DNA of 64,000 nt from Bacteroidota bacterium (lineage in GTDB: Bacteria > Bacteroidota > Bacteroidia > Bacteroidales > VadinHA17). The position numbers and the translations under genes are program-made. The stretch lies in assembly GCA_003250475.1 (NCBI GenBank), contig QKGI01000048.1, positions 196 through 64,195 of the forward strand. Reading direction: 5' to 3'. Of the stretch, positions 63,054 through 64,000 are shown piece after piece. The number at the start of each line of letters is the position of its first letter. Within the stretch, counting starts at the first letter, position 1. The notes under the pieces are model-generated. The model made no database searches, was not told where the DNA came from, and worked only from the letters and a program-made list of their open reading frames with translations.

Positions 63054-64000
63054 ATACCCCAGCCTGACCACAATACCGTCCATGGCGTTACAGATGAGGC
63101 CTTTTTCACCCACCGGCACAATATTGTTGATAAGGCATGATGATATACGGTGACTCCACAGGAGGCTGCCATCGGCCCTCGAGGCAGCATATATGATTCC
63201 CTTGTCGGTGGGTATTAATATTATTCCGTTGTTTTCGACAACTACTCCCGGGGCAATGTCATATCCTGTATTAAACTCCGTTTTCCAGGCAACACCGGGC
63301 TCATCGGTATCTGTTTTTACGCCGATGACAAATCCGTTCATGGTCTTGGCAAGTATCAATGTGCTGTCGGCTGTGACGCCCATTGATTCCCTTACTGCAG
63401 CACCCTCCAGGTCGGATTGCCAGATTAACCTGCCTGTCATTGCATCAAGACATGCCATCTTCCGGTCAGGAGCAACAACAAAGACCCTGTTGTTAACCGC
63501 AACAGGAACGCATGCTGCCGGAGAAAGCATCCTGTTGGTGTATCCGTTGGCCCAGTCCCATCTTGTCTCTCCGGTCTCCGTATCCAGGGCATAAAGATGG
63601 TTGTTCCATGTGCCGAAGATCAGCATCCCTTTGTATATCAGCGGCATTGTCTCCACGAACCCGTCTATCGTGTTGTTACTCCAGAGCAGGGTGCCGTCTT
63701 TCATATCCAGGGCCTGGCAGACACCTGATGACCCGGTAATGAATACACTGCCTCCGCTGATCACCGGGGAAGCCACCGAGGGCTGGCCCGTATCATAGCT
63801 CCACAGGAGATCTCCGTTTGAGAGGTTCAGGGCCTGCACCATGCCATTGGCAGAGACTGCTATCACTGTCATGCCGCACACTGCCGGTGTGCCGTATATC
63901 TTAGCCCCTGTGGTGTACACCCATTTCCCGCTTCCTGTCTTCAGATCCATGGCTTTTACCTCACCGCTGGTGTTAGTGACAATCACTGTTTTCCCGGCAA
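63051..64000 (-). CDS. PQQ-like beta-propeller repeat protein (BamB-like fold), 5' end beyond the window
   Basis: Recurrent G.L.W.....G....SP.V..G.V.. blades (GDLLWSY, GTLLWSN, GRLIWQS, GSLLWSH). The frame stays open to the window edge. Confidence 0.7.
   Translation of the reverse strand, partial: AGKTVIVTNTSGEVKAMDLKTGSGKWVYTTGAKIYGTPAVCGMTVIAVSANGMVQALNLSNGDLLWSYDTGQPSVASPVISGGSVFITGSSGVCQALDMKDGTLLWSNNTIDGFVETMPLIYKGMLIFGTWNNHLYALDTETGETRWDWANGYTNRMLSPAACVPVAVNNRVFVVAPDRKMACLDAMTGRLIWQSDLEGAAVRESMGVTADSTLILAKTMNGFVIGVKTDTDEPGVAWKTEFNTGYDIAPGVVVENNGIILIPTDKGIIYAASRADGSLLWSHRISSCLINNIVPVGEKGLICNAMDGIVVRLGY

Noticed and set aside
62778-63153. Four tracked ORFs (62778..62969 -, 62815..63054 -, 62952..63140 +, 62968..63153 +) with translations such as SEGLKSEGLRSEGL, SCSLAVLQSCGLAV and TSDLQTSDLQ. 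ORF 49775..49996 + at copy 2 is similar.
   Set aside because: They are translations of the tandem 8-nt and 30-nt repeat arrays, open by periodicity alone. They have no start context, are low complexity and overlap each other on both strands. I treat them as non-coding repeat DNA.

Overview
Dense (~90% coding) chromosomal segment that looks like a Bacteroidota genome. The evidence is GldD/GldE, PorP/SprF, type A and type B T9SS C-terminal sorting domains, the nadK-DUF6089-uppS-bamA-skp-skp-murI gene order, and TAnnTTTG -7 promoter boxes 20-40 nt upstream of many start codons. I call about 60 CDS. Most are housekeeping: hisS, ychF, ssb, HU, RNase E/G, pth, L25, prs, engB, udk, pdxJ, nadK, uppS, bamA, murI, fabD, folE, queD. 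Others point to an anaerobic lifestyle: korAB, a tungsten-type aldehyde:ferredoxin oxidoreductase, a KamA-family radical SAM enzyme, and futalosine-pathway mqnB/mqnD. There are three ECF sigma modules. I found no rRNA, tRNA, CRISPR array, transposase, integrase or recognisable defence system. The most unusual signal is non-coding. Three copies of a mosaic intergenic element built from phased 8-nt GTC-anchored tandem units (GAAGGTCK and GTCWTGCR arrays) each start at the TGA stop codon of the preceding gene. Two copies are bracketed by copy-specific direct repeats. I do not recognise this as a described repeat family. Secondary leads: an orphan promoter-plus-terminator unit (candidate ~125-nt sRNA); an untracked 30-aa bS22-like basic ORF; a 1089-aa fusion of all subunits of an opine/D-hydroxyproline/archaeal-proline dehydrogenase-type complex next to a PutA-type proline dehydrogenase; a 1146-aa receiver plus PPDK_N ATP-grasp protein lacking the phosphohistidine domain; a KamA homologue with non-lysine specificity residues; and an anti-sigma-like protein carrying a T9SS type B sorting domain. 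All product calls come from reading the translations and motifs, with no database search.
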